A DNA stretch of 64,000 nt, taken from contig CANRKP010000002.1 in NCBI GenBank assembly GCA_947631245.1, positions 1-64,000 of the forward strand, given 5' to 3'. The position numbers and the translations under genes were made by a program. Positions 7,873-17,428 of this stretch are shown here, one piece after another. Positions within the stretch are counted from its first letter, which is position 1. Every line of letters begins with the position of its first letter. Origin of the DNA: an uncultured Clostridia bacterium (GTDB taxonomy: Bacteria > Bacillota > Clostridia > Oscillospirales > CAG-272). The notes beneath the pieces were generated by a model. The model had not been told where the DNA came from and did no database searches. It saw only the letters and a list, made by a program, of their open reading frames with translations.

Positions 7873-9276
7873 ATGAAGATAAAATATTACCGCCATCTTA
7901 AAAACAAGGCGCGCCTCTCCGATATCTTTCAGCTTCTGAAGGAATGCGATAACGAATTCGTGCCTCCGCTATCCGCCCGCAGATCCACCGTCCAGTCAAA
8001 TTTGAACGTGTCGGGCGGCAACGGGGAACCAACCGATTATTTCAATATAATAAAAGAACAGTCCTTCTTTACGGCAGAAGAAGGCGGCAGAGTAATAGCG
8101 TTCATGTCGTTCAGGCATAATTATGTCTCCGAGGAGATACCGCCCTCGATGTGCCCGAACATATACATAACGACAGTCATAGTCAGCCCCAAAAAAAGGA
8201 ACCGGAAGATCGCGAATGATTTTTATCGCGCCCTCTTCAAGAAGTTCGGCACCGTCGATATTTTTACCCGCACATGGTCGGAGAATGAGATCCACATCCG
8301 CATTCTGTCCTCTCTCAAATTTTACGAATACGTCCGCAAGGAAGACGACAGAGGTCCCGGCATAGATACCGTCTATTATCATCATACGCCGACGAAAAGG
8401 GGCATCTTTCAGGCGATAACGCAGTACAGACTGACGGGGAACCTCATCTTCCTTCTGCTCCTGACCGTATTTTCCATCACCTTTGTCCTTACATGGATTT
8501 TTACTGCCGGCGGCATGGTGCACGAGCTTTCGATAGCGTTCGCCACATCTCTCATCGCTTCGGCGCTGTGCCTCTTCTCAGACTCGATGCTCAAATACCG
8601 TGACTCCATAAACGACGATTTTATAAACAATATGAAGAGCTTTGGCATAGAAAATCTCCGTTTCAGGAAGGACGAGCTTTTGGAATCCATAATCCCCGGA
8701 TGCAGGCATGAGATTTGGATAACGGGATACCGCCTTATAATGACGGGAAAGAAGCAGTTTCGCGCATCTCTTCGCCGTGCGTGCTCGCACACGCGCGGTC
8801 TTCGCGTCCGGATGCTCCTGGTTCCGCCGTGGAGCGAGACGTACCGGCTCGTATACGGCGAGGACGACGTGGCGTCCATAGCGGAGAATTACGAAAAGAT
8901 ATTTTCGGACCTTTGCGAAAGCGTCACTGACGACGGCACCGACCTTGAGATCAGGTTTACGGACAAGCCCATCTTCAACGACACATATAAAGTCGACGAC
9001 CGCTTCATAACGAGCCCCTATATGCACTGTGTCGATGCAAACAAAGGTCGCATAACGGCGAAAGACTTTTTCTCTCTCGATATAAACGACCCGCAGAAGC
9101 GGCTCTACCGTTTGATATACGACGACTACATGGCAGTTTGGAACGAGAGCCCGTGCCGGCTCGACAAAGAGCTTTTCAAAACGCGTGTTTCCGACCGGAA
9201 AAACGAATTTTATGCTCTTGACCCGCACGGCAGGTGCGAGCTGCTGAAAAGCTGCACATCGCCGATAGAAAAATAA
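7873..9276 (+). CDS. Uncharacterized membrane protein: N-terminal GNAT-like domain, two TM helices, C-terminal degenerate PLD-like domain
   Basis: N-terminus LSDIFQLLKECDNEFVPPLSAR...IYITTVIVSPKKRNRKIANDFYRALFKKFG (GNAT-like). TM helices LIFLLLLTVFSITFVLTWIF and IAFATSLIASALCLF. C-terminus NDTYKVDDRFITSPY...NDPQKRLYRL...W (PLD-shaped but no His). The gene is visibly lower in GC than its flanks. Confidence 0.55.
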   Translation: MKIKYYRHLKNKARLSDIFQLLKECDNEFVPPLSARRSTVQSNLNVSGGNGEPTDYFNIIKEQSFFTAEEGGRVIAFMSFRHNYVSEEIPPSMCPNIYITTVIVSPKKRNRKIANDFYRALFKKFGTVDIFTRTWSENEIHIRILSSLKFYEYVRKEDDRGPGIDTVYYHHTPTKRGIFQAITQYRLTGNLIFLLLLTVFSITFVLTWIFTAGGMVHELSIAFATSLIASALCLFSDSMLKYRDSINDDFINNMKSFGIENLRFRKDELLESIIPGCRHEIWITGYRLIMTGKKQFRASLRRACSHTRGLRVRMLLVPPWSETYRLVYGEDDVASIAENYEKIFSDLCESVTDDGTDLEIRFTDKPIFNDTYKVDDRFITSPYMHCVDANKGRITAKDFFSLDINDPQKRLYRLIYDDYMAVWNESPCRLDKELFKTRVSDRKNEFYALDPHGRCELLKSCTSPIEK

Positions 9277-9286
9277 CCGCAAAAGA

Positions 9287-9329
9287 TTTTGTCCCCGTCC
9301 GTACCCCTGCGGATACGGACGGGGACAAA
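9287..9329. terminator. Strong bidirectional hairpin between convergent genes
   Basis: ttttgtccccgtccgta-cccctgcg-gatacggacggggacaaa. Confidence 0.75.
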
Positions 9330-9583
9330 TCATATATTGGTCATATACGTCTACGTCTACCTTTTTGCGCCTTTTTTTGAAAGGCGTTTTTTACTTCATT
9401 TTTTCCGAAAAGAACCTCTCCAGCCTGTCGAACGGTCCCGAGACCGCAATGGTTGGCTGCCTTCCTTTGGCGTCCACGGGCGTATACATATCGGTCGCCA
9501 GCGCAATTTCGCAGCGGTTCGCAAACGTCCTGCTCCGTTCTTCCGCCAAATCTCGCCGAAAATCGCCCCCCGCGGTATGTTTT

Positions 9584-11134
9584 TTATCCGTCATACTTTG
9601 AAAATTCTTCGCTTATGTAGTTATTGTGGAACATATCTATCATCGCTTTATAGCGGGGATGCGTCCGCCAGCCGTGGTCGATGGAGCCTTCGCCGACCGA
9701 AAAAATGCTTGCATTCGGATGTGCCGACCGCAGGCGCTCCACGTCCTTCGACGGGACGGAAACGTGTTCGAGCCACAGCCTTTCTATAAGCGGCAGCTCA
9801 AGGAGCGGCGTTATATCCGAAATGCGCCTGTTGTAGCTGATATTCAGGTCGACGAGCTCGCGGCAGTCTGCGAGCGGCGAGATGTCGGAAACGCTGTTGA
9901 CGAATATCTCAAGATAGTGCAGATGGGGAAGCTTTGAGAGCGGGGTGAGGTCCGATATCTTGTTGTCCGCGAGTATCAGAACGCGAAGCCCCGTCAGATA
10001 TTCTCCGATGACGGAGATGTCGCCGACGGCCTGATGCCCGATATCGAGCGCCTGCAGGTCGGTGCAGTATTTCAGCACCTCGATGTCCTCCGCCGTCATG
10101 CGCTCATACTTGTCGCTCGCCATTATGAGTACCGAAAACGCCGTGGCGTCCGTTCTCAGCGACCATTTTCCGAGATAAACGCGCCAGACGACTTTTGTTC
10201 CGGGATAAGCGTCGCGCAGCTTTTCCATTTGCTCGTTTGAAAAGCCGCAGTCGCACAGCTCGAGCCTTTCAAGGCTGTTGAACAGCGCCGTCGTCTCAAA
10301 GAATACGTCGAAATCTCCGACTTTCTTTGAATTCAGGTCTATCGTTTTCACCTCGGAGTCGAACACCTCCCCGCCGAGCTCGACCTCCGCGAGAAACGAA
10401 ACCGACGGATACGCCTTTTTCAGTTCGATCAGCGCGGAGTTTCCGACGCCCGTCCCCCTGAGGTTCACGGAGCTGAGCGCTCCGAACGGCGAGAGCTCTG
10501 ACATAATATCTCCCGTCAGCGGCGCGCCGGAAAGATCGATCTCCTCGGCGTCCTCCCGAAATTCTCTGCCGGAGACCGAATATATGAGGAGGGCGGAAAA
10601 ATCCACGTTCGGGAAAGCCGCCCTGAGCTTTTCCATGTCGGACGCCCTGACCGCGTCGTCTCCGAACGTCACGCGCCGGAGATTTTCAAATTCCGCAAGC
10701 TCGCCCTCGAGCGCCGCAAAGTCGATTTCCGCGCCCGTGAGGTCAAGCTCCTCCGCGTCTGCGGAATAAACCTTGCCGGCGACGGTCTTATTTGTGACGC
10801 ATACGAATTCGACGTCCGGGAACTCCGCCTTCAGCGCCTCGAGCTCCGCGTCCGACATATGAAAGCTGCCGAGGTCGGCGCGCTTTAAGCTGTGGAGCTT
10901 TTTCAGTCCCCCGCGAAGCGCTGAAAGGTCCGATATTTCATCTCCCGAAAACGATATCTCGGTCGTGTATTCTCCTAACTCGTGCCCCAAAACGTCGACG
11001 GTATGCTCGGCGTCGTGATCGCCCGTCATACCGCGCCCCGCAAAGAAAAACAGCGCCGCCGCCGCGAGCACCGCGGCAGCCCTCACCGCGACGGACACGA
11101 TCTTTTTGGTATTCAGGCTCTTGTCTTTATCCAT
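9584..11134 (-). CDS. Internalin-like leucine-rich-repeat protein with N-terminal signal/anchor
   Basis: LRR units LILADNKISDLTPLSKLPHLHYLEIFVNSVSDISPLADCRELVDLNISYNRRISDITPL; N-terminal hydrophobic segment. Confidence 0.75.
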   Translation of the reverse strand: MDKDKSLNTKKIVSVAVRAAAVLAAAALFFFAGRGMTGDHDAEHTVDVLGHELGEYTTEISFSGDEISDLSALRGGLKKLHSLKRADLGSFHMSDAELEALKAEFPDVEFVCVTNKTVAGKVYSADAEELDLTGAEIDFAALEGELAEFENLRRVTFGDDAVRASDMEKLRAAFPNVDFSALLIYSVSGREFREDAEEIDLSGAPLTGDIMSELSPFGALSSVNLRGTGVGNSALIELKKAYPSVSFLAEVELGGEVFDSEVKTIDLNSKKVGDFDVFFETTALFNSLERLELCDCGFSNEQMEKLRDAYPGTKVVWRVYLGKWSLRTDATAFSVLIMASDKYERMTAEDIEVLKYCTDLQALDIGHQAVGDISVIGEYLTGLRVLILADNKISDLTPLSKLPHLHYLEIFVNSVSDISPLADCRELVDLNISYNRRISDITPLLELPLIERLWLEHVSVPSKDVERLRSAHPNASIFSVGEGSIDHGWRTHPRYKAMIDMFHNNYISEEFSKYDG

Positions 11135-11505
11135 ACGGTCTTCTCCACCGCTTCATAAGATCGCAAAAGCGCAGCTGCCGCCATCTGTTTTCGACATGCG
11201 GCAGAGCGTTTACGAAATCAAAGTTTTTTAGCCGCACGCCCGTACTTTTTGCAAAAATAAGTCGGTCGCCGCCGCTTTTGATAAGTATATCACATAATTA
11301 TGATTTTTTCCATATGTGAGCGCGATATAATGGAAAAAAACAGCCTAGGCGCGCTTTTCGAACGGAAAAGACCTTTTCCCGCTTTTTTCTTGCGAAGAGA
11401 AAAAAGTTTTCGCAAATCTTCCCCGCCGGCTTGTCTCCGCCCGCTGACTGAGGTAAAATATATGCGTGACGATACCGCGAAATTATGACGGGACGGTAAA
11501 ACGAA

Positions 11506-12429
11506 ATGAAAAATATTCTCATATTCGTATGCACAAATGCGGACAGAATAAAAAACGCAAAAGAGACGGCGACGACGGCTTCCCTTTTGCAAACCGGTAT
11601 ATTCGACAGCGTTATACTGTACATTTACAGTGAAAAAACGGATGGCGATGCTCCCGCACAAATGTCGGATGAAACATGCGCCCCCGCCGCCGTTTTCGCG
11701 CGCTGCTTCCCCGCGCTTTTGGACGCGCTGCGCGGCGCGAATGACGGCGAGCTTCCGGCGAGAGTATTCGTTGCCGGCAATGGCACGGAGAGCTCCGTTC
11801 TCATGACCGCCGCCGACCTCTCATGTGCGGGCGTGCGCTCGATCGTCCTTTCCCGCCTCTGCCCACAGGATGCCGAAGTTTCAGGTCTTTGCTCGCTTGC
11901 CAAAAACAGCATATGCGTCACGGCGATAAATTCCGGTCGGAACATAAGCGCCGACGGACAAGTTGAGGCGCGGCTTGTGGAGGCTCTTAAACGGCGCGGG
12001 CTGCACATATCGTTCGCGGAGTCCTGCACGGGAGGCAAGGCGGCAGCCAGGCTCATAAACGTTCCGAGCGCCTCTTCCGTCATCGACGCCTCATTTGTGA
12101 CATACGCGAACGAGGCAAAGGAAAAATTTGTATTTGTTGACCCCGCCGTGATCGAAAAATACGGCGCGGTCAGCGAGGCGGTCGCGGGCGAGATGGCAAA
12201 AGGCGCGGCGCTTGCGGCGGGGGCGGACATAGGCGTCGGCATCTCCGGCATCGCAGGTCCCGACGGAGGCACTCCGCAAAAGCCCGTCGGCACCGTATGC
12301 TTCGGCTACTATATTCTCGGTGAGCTCACCACCGAGACGGTGCATTTCGAGCCCAAAGGCCGCGGATATGTCCGCGAGGCGAGCGTTGACCGCGTATTCT
12401 CCGTTCTGCTCGATAAGCTCGGCGTGTGA
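11506..12429 (+). CDS. CinA-family protein (C-terminal nicotinamide-nucleotide amidohydrolase/PncC-like domain) with atypical N-terminal region
   Basis: C-terminal half matches the CinA-C domain (LHISFAESCTGGKAAARL...GVGISGIAGPDGGTPQKPVGTVCFG). The N-terminal ~150 aa only loosely resembles a CinA N-terminus. Confidence 0.6.
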   Translation: MKNILIFVCTNADRIKNAKETATTASLLQTGIFDSVILYIYSEKTDGDAPAQMSDETCAPAAVFARCFPALLDALRGANDGELPARVFVAGNGTESSVLMTAADLSCAGVRSIVLSRLCPQDAEVSGLCSLAKNSICVTAINSGRNISADGQVEARLVEALKRRGLHISFAESCTGGKAAARLINVPSASSVIDASFVTYANEAKEKFVFVDPAVIEKYGAVSEAVAGEMAKGAALAAGADIGVGISGIAGPDGGTPQKPVGTVCFGYYILGELTTETVHFEPKGRGYVREASVDRVFSVLLDKLGV

Positions 12430-12448
12430 CCATATAATTCCGATATTT

Positions 12449-14284
12449 TCACTTTTTCTTTCTGTCAGAGACAAACCCGCAAATAGCGAAAACGAAAGCG
12501 ACTGCCGCTTCCGCGCATAAGACATACGCCGCGTACCGCAAAAGGACGACTATTGCTGTCGGAAGCGCGCCCGTCGGCGGGATAAGCCCCGCGCCGACGG
12601 CGGGCTTTGTCCACGACGCAAAGCCGAACCTTTTCGCTATAAAACAGAGCTCGGCAGCGAAAAACGGCAAAAGGACTGCCGCCGAGACGGCGGTCGAGAC
12701 GGCGAGCTTGCGGCGGGCGAATTTTTTCTTTTCCCGCTTTGTGAGAGATGCCGTCAGTATGCTTTCATATCCTGTCAAAAGCTCCGAGAATATGTACGGC
12801 ACGGATACGAACAGCGCCGCCAGTGCCGGTATCGGGTCGACGCCGCGTGAGAAAAGCGCGCGCCAGCCGAGGTCGTAAATGAGAACGCTGTCCACGTCAG
12901 GACGGTATCTGCCGATAAAATCGAGCTTTTCCGAAATGCTCTCATATACCGTCAGCCTGAATTCCGCCGACGAAGCCGCCTTTGTTATCTCGGAATAATC
13001 CTCACCCGTTATTTCGCCCGCCTCGAAAAGCTCCCGCGCGCCGTCGAACTTTGCCGCGTCGGCTCGCGCGGAAAAGATCTCTTTTTCAGTAACGGTGACC
13101 TGTTCTTCGTATCCCATCCCCTCCATGCCGCAGACGGTTTGTTTGTACGCGCGCTCCCACGCCGAGCCTCTGCCCTCCGTCCCGTATGACAAAAGCGCCG
13201 CGTCAAGTGCGAACAGCACGGCAAAGGCAATGACCGCGCGCACACTTAAGACGCGGCGGAGCTCATAATATACGATTCCGTGCCCGCATCCGCGTCCTCT
13301 CCCGTCAGAGAGCCGGACGCGCTTTTTTCCCGCCGCGCGGACGCCGGAGTATGACACGACGGCGGCGATAAAAAATGCGGACAAAACGGCGGACAAAATC
13401 AAAGGAACAACAGTCAAAACGGCGGCGCGCGAAAGAAATATCCCGCCGCCGATGCCGACGCCCGCAAATCGCGTCAGAAACCCGTCGCTTACGGAGCCCG
13501 AAAAGGTAAAATTATAGAAAAAGGACATCACATCCCGGCTCGCGGCATACAAAGTTACGTCAACCGCAGTCACGGCGACGGCGGCGAGCGCGACGTAAAC
13601 GGCGCGCCGCAGCACAAACACAGCGAGCATCAAAAGCACGCCGACAGCGAGCGAGGAGAGCGTCGAGACCGCCAGCCGCAGGAAAAGACCGCCCGCGGCG
13701 GTAATGTCATACGGGCAGCGCATATACGCCGGGATCGACGCGATCGGCAGGCCGCCGCCCGCAAAGCCGCCCGAGAAAGAGACGCCGAGCGCGGCGGACG
13801 CGGCGGCAAGAACGTTGAAAACGACGGCGGACGCGGCAATGACTGCGAGCTTTGACAAGGCGGCGGATGATCGCCGCTCATGAAAGGACAAAATCAAAAG
13901 GTCGCCCCGCACCTCCGCCGCAGAAATCGTGAGCGCAGCCGCCGCGGTCGCCGCCATTGCGGCGGCGAAAGGTATTGTCAGGGACAGAAGCGCGTCCCAC
14001 CCGCGCACCTCGCCGGAGACGTCGTTTTCCGCGAGCGCCCCGTAGCGGCGGATGACCTCCTCCTGAAAGCGCGCGGGGGCGCTTTTTTTGTCCGCGATGC
14101 GGCGGTAGTTGACCTTGGCGGTATAAACTATATCGTCAAGCGTGCGGACGTATGTTTCCGCATAGTCTTCGGGCTTTTCCCCGCGCTCCGCGTAAATCCC
14201 GGACAAAAGACCTGCGGCGCACAGCAATGCGAGTATAACGACCGCCGTCCGCGTAGTTATTTTTTTAAGCTCGTATTTTATCAT
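12449..14284 (-). CDS. ABC-2-type exporter permease (polytopic membrane protein)
   Basis: Many hydrophobic helices; ATGA overlap with the upstream ATPase gene. Confidence 0.65.
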   Translation of the reverse strand: MIKYELKKITTRTAVVILALLCAAGLLSGIYAERGEKPEDYAETYVRTLDDIVYTAKVNYRRIADKKSAPARFQEEVIRRYGALAENDVSGEVRGWDALLSLTIPFAAAMAATAAAALTISAAEVRGDLLILSFHERRSSAALSKLAVIAASAVVFNVLAAASAALGVSFSGGFAGGGLPIASIPAYMRCPYDITAAGGLFLRLAVSTLSSLAVGVLLMLAVFVLRRAVYVALAAVAVTAVDVTLYAASRDVMSFFYNFTFSGSVSDGFLTRFAGVGIGGGIFLSRAAVLTVVPLILSAVLSAFFIAAVVSYSGVRAAGKKRVRLSDGRGRGCGHGIVYYELRRVLSVRAVIAFAVLFALDAALLSYGTEGRGSAWERAYKQTVCGMEGMGYEEQVTVTEKEIFSARADAAKFDGARELFEAGEITGEDYSEITKAASSAEFRLTVYESISEKLDFIGRYRPDVDSVLIYDLGWRALFSRGVDPIPALAALFVSVPYIFSELLTGYESILTASLTKREKKKFARRKLAVSTAVSAAVLLPFFAAELCFIAKRFGFASWTKPAVGAGLIPPTGALPTAIVVLLRYAAYVLCAEAAVAFVFAICGFVSDRKKK

Positions 14285-15099
14285 GACGCGTCCGCTCCGT
14301 CTTCGCCGAAAACGGCGAGATAGCAGTCGTCAAGCTCCGGCATCACGGAAACGGCGCCGGGCGCGGGGCAAGCGTCCGATATAACGCGGATGTGCTCGCC
14401 GAAGGCGCGGCACGGGAGATCTGCCGGCGCGTCTGCGCCCGACGGGAGCTCCCAGCATCTGCCGCGGAACTTTTCGCGTATCTCCTCGACACTCCCGTCC
14501 GCGACGATCTGTCCGCGGCGCAGGAAAATGACCTTGTCGGCGACGTCCTCGACGTCTGTCGTGATGTGAGTAGAAATGAGTATCGCCGCGTCATCACGCC
14601 GCCTCTTTATGTAATTTTTAAACTGTATCCTCTGCATCGGGTCAAGTCCCGCCGTCGGCTCGTCGAGTACGACGAGCTCCGGCGAGCCTATGAACGCCTG
14701 CGCCGAGGCGAGGCGCTGTTTCGTTCCGCCCGACAGCGCGCGGACGCGAACGCCCATGTATTCGCCGAGCTCGAACGCCTCCGTCACCTCTTTTATCTGC
14801 TCCGCGGCGTCTGTGGCGCGGGCGAGCTTCGCCGTGTAGTCGAGCATTTCGGCTGCCGTGAAATCGGGGTACATCCCCGGATACTGCGGCACAAATCCTA
14901 TGCGGCGTGAGCCCTTTGAGCTCACCGTGACCGTGCCCGAATCGGGCTTCAGATTGCCCGTGATTATATTGAAAAGCGTAGTTTTCCCGCTGCCGTTCGG
15001 TCCCAAGATCGCGTAGACGCCGCGCTCGAATTCATAGCTGAAATCTATGAGCGCGCGCGTCTTTTTGTAACTGCGGCTGATATTTTCAAGCTTCAGCAT
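14281..15099 (-). CDS. ABC transporter ATP-binding protein
   Basis: Walker A GPNGSGKTT; signature LSGGTKQRL; Walker B VVLDEPTAGLD. Confidence 0.85.
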   Translation of the reverse strand: MLKLENISRSYKKTRALIDFSYEFERGVYAILGPNGSGKTTLFNIITGNLKPDSGTVTVSSKGSRRIGFVPQYPGMYPDFTAAEMLDYTAKLARATDAAEQIKEVTEAFELGEYMGVRVRALSGGTKQRLASAQAFIGSPELVVLDEPTAGLDPMQRIQFKNYIKRRRDDAAILISTHITTDVEDVADKVIFLRRGQIVADGSVEEIREKFRGRCWELPSGADAPADLPCRAFGEHIRVISDACPAPGAVSVMPELDDCYLAVFGEDGADAS

Positions 15100-15401
15100 A
15101 CGTATGCCCCCGTCATATACTGCGGCACTCGCCGGTTTTTACGTTTATTAAGGAGGATATATTCCTTCAGTATGCTTATGTTTCCGTCCTCGTCGGGCTC
15201 GCAGATCGGATCGGGGCAGACGACGCTTATCCGTCCGCCCTCGGGGTCGAGCCGCTTTATAAGGCTCTCGTCCTGAAAATATATGCAGCCGTCGGAGCTT
15301 TGTACGTACGGAGGGATATCGTCGCGCGCGCCGCTGTGATAGGCACATGCGGAAAGAATAATTAAAAGTATAAGGACTGCGGCGGCAGACAGTTTTTTCA
15401 T
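15093..15401 (-). CDS. Small lipoprotein, truncated paralog of the N-terminal domain of the adjacent 412-aa lipoprotein
   Basis: Lipobox ILSAC. Shared motif IYFQDESLIKRLDPEGGRISVVCPDPICEPD versus IYFEDDHLIKRVDIDERRVSVVCPDPVCTHD. Confidence 0.55.
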   Translation of the reverse strand: MKKLSAAAVLILLIILSACAYHSGARDDIPPYVQSSDGCIYFQDESLIKRLDPEGGRISVVCPDPICEPDEDGNISILKEYILLNKRKNRRVPQYMTGAYVC

Positions 15402-15415
15402 GCCCGTAATTCCTT

Positions 15416-16654
15416 TTAATAAAGCCGTATATTGAAGTTTTCGCCCGTTTTCACGTTCAGGAGCGTTATGTATCTGTGCGCGTACTCCGTCACGGGGTCA
15501 AGCGGCGGCTCAATTGTCACCGAGACGTCAGAGATATAATATCCTTGTACCATGACCCAGTCGCCGGCATTCGTCTGTTCGGTCGTCATTATGTCGTCGG
15601 CGGGCAGCCCGACGAAGTAACCATCCTCGGCTTTATAAAGCTGCCGCTTTTGTCCGTCGAACGAAATGTGTCCTATCCCGTCCGTCGGCAGCTCGAGATT
15701 TGCCGTATGAGCATCATACAGTTCGGTGACGTCAAACGACGTCTTATAAAGGAATCCGTCGCCCGCCGGGGACGCCGAGAAAATGAGATTTTCGCCCGAC
15801 ATAACGGTTTCCCTCTCGCCCGTTTCCTCGTTGACGCGGTAAAGCTCGCTTTCATTTTTCGAAAAGTCCGTCTCGTATCGGTATCTCCACCCGTCGAATG
15901 TGGGATACGGGTCGATATCGCACGCCTCCCTGTCGGTGAAGTCCGGCAGCGTCGAAAAATCCTCCGCTCCGCGCCACAGAAGCCGCCCGCTGTCCGTGTC
16001 TGCGCCGACAAGCCTGATATCGGGCTGTTCCCACGTCTGCTCCGTCAGCTTTCCCGTCTCGCCCGTGAAAGGGTCGTACATATAGAGGCTGTATATGTAG
16101 TGCCACGCCGTCCCGCCGTCGTTAAACGTTTCCTCCCGGAGCTCGGACGCGAGAAAATAGAGATATCCGAACGCCTCGGACACGCTCCATATCTCGCCGT
16201 TCGCGCGCATGACGTCAAAATCGCCGAAGTCCTCGACTGTGTAGCCGTTTTCGTATACGAGCGTGACCTCGCCCGAAATAAGGTCGTACATATAAAGGTT
16301 GCACTTGGGATCATAGTCTATGTATTCCGCCCCGTCTCGCTTTCCCGTGCGCGCGGCGCCCGTGAAATAGAGGCGCTGTCTGTCGTGAGAGACGACGAGA
16401 TTGTATTTATGGAACACTGGGCACTCCGGCGTGTCGTGCGTGCAGACGGGGTCGGGGCAGACGACGGAGACGCGCCTTTCATCAATGTCGACGCGCTTTA
16501 TGAGATGGTCGTCCTCAAAATAGATAAATCCGTCGTCGACCGGCGTCTTGTACTCCCCAATATCATGCGGACCGCCCTTCGGCGTACAGCCGAAAAGGCT
16601 CGCCGCAAGCACCGCCGCTGCTGCCGACAACGCGAAAGTTTTTGCAAAGCTCAT
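15416..16654 (-). CDS. Lipoprotein, DUF5050-like beta-propeller-type domain
   Basis: Signal peptide plus lipobox LFGC; repeated LY...DG motifs. DUF5050 assignment is from memory. Confidence 0.6.
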   Translation of the reverse strand: MSFAKTFALSAAAAVLAASLFGCTPKGGPHDIGEYKTPVDDGFIYFEDDHLIKRVDIDERRVSVVCPDPVCTHDTPECPVFHKYNLVVSHDRQRLYFTGAARTGKRDGAEYIDYDPKCNLYMYDLISGEVTLVYENGYTVEDFGDFDVMRANGEIWSVSEAFGYLYFLASELREETFNDGGTAWHYIYSLYMYDPFTGETGKLTEQTWEQPDIRLVGADTDSGRLLWRGAEDFSTLPDFTDREACDIDPYPTFDGWRYRYETDFSKNESELYRVNEETGERETVMSGENLIFSASPAGDGFLYKTSFDVTELYDAHTANLELPTDGIGHISFDGQKRQLYKAEDGYFVGLPADDIMTTEQTNAGDWVMVQGYYISDVSVTIEPPLDPVTEYAHRYITLLNVKTGENFNIRLY

Positions 16655-16675
16655 AACAGTGCCGCCCCCGTAGTT

Positions 16676-17410
16676 TTAATATCCCGTTATCGTCTTCCGC
16701 TTTCCGTCGAGGTAGTCGCGGTCCAGCGTCAGTATCCCGTTGTCCATGCGGAAAATTCTGTCGGCGCGGGACGCTATGTTCATGTCGTGCGTCACCATCA
16801 CGAGCGTTTGCCCGATTTCCTCCCTCGTCTTTATGAGAAGGTCGAGCACCTCGTCCGCGTTCGCGCGGTCGAGGTTTCCCGTCGGCTCGTCTGCAAACAG
16901 TATCTGCGGCATATTTATGAGCGCGCGCGCTATCGCCACCCTCTGCTGCTGACCGCCCGAAAGCTCGCTCGGCAAATGGTGGAGCCTGTCTTTTATATTC
17001 AGCGTATTCACAAGGCGGCGCAGCGTCTCGTCGTATGAGCCGTCCTTTCTGTTGCACATGAGCGTCGGTATCAGGATATTTTCAAGCGCCGTGAACTGAG
17101 GGATAAGGTTATGGCGCTGGAACACAAATCCCATGTTCTGCCCGCGGAAGCGGGACAGCTCGTCAAACGACATCTTCGTTATGTCCTGCCCGCGCACATA
17201 GATGTGCCCGGCGTCGACGCGTTCAAGTCCGGCGCAGCACGATAAGAACGTGCTTTTTCCCGAGCCGGACGGTCCTATTATCGCGACGAACTCGCCCTCC
17301 TCTATCTTTATGTCCGCGCGGTCAACCGCGGTCACGACCTCGTCATACTGCTTGTACTGCTTTATGACGCTCTCGGTGTGAAGGATATACTGCGACTTTG
17401 CGTCAGCCAT
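16676..17410 (-). CDS. ABC transporter ATP-binding protein (MacB/LolD-type)
   Basis: GPSGSGKST; LSGGQQQRVAIARAL; LFADEPTGNLD. Confidence 0.85.
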   Translation of the reverse strand: MADAKSQYILHTESVIKQYKQYDEVVTAVDRADIKIEEGEFVAIIGPSGSGKSTFLSCCAGLERVDAGHIYVRGQDITKMSFDELSRFRGQNMGFVFQRHNLIPQFTALENILIPTLMCNRKDGSYDETLRRLVNTLNIKDRLHHLPSELSGGQQQRVAIARALINMPQILFADEPTGNLDRANADEVLDLLIKTREEIGQTLVMVTHDMNIASRADRIFRMDNGILTLDRDYLDGKRKTITGY

Positions 17411-17428
17411 AAAAAGCTCCCCCTTTCT

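Noticed and set aside
9391-9594. 67-aa ORF overlapping the 3' end of the LRR gene
   Set aside because: No recognisable motif; overlaps the terminator region and an opposite-strand ORF of similar length, so it is probably non-coding
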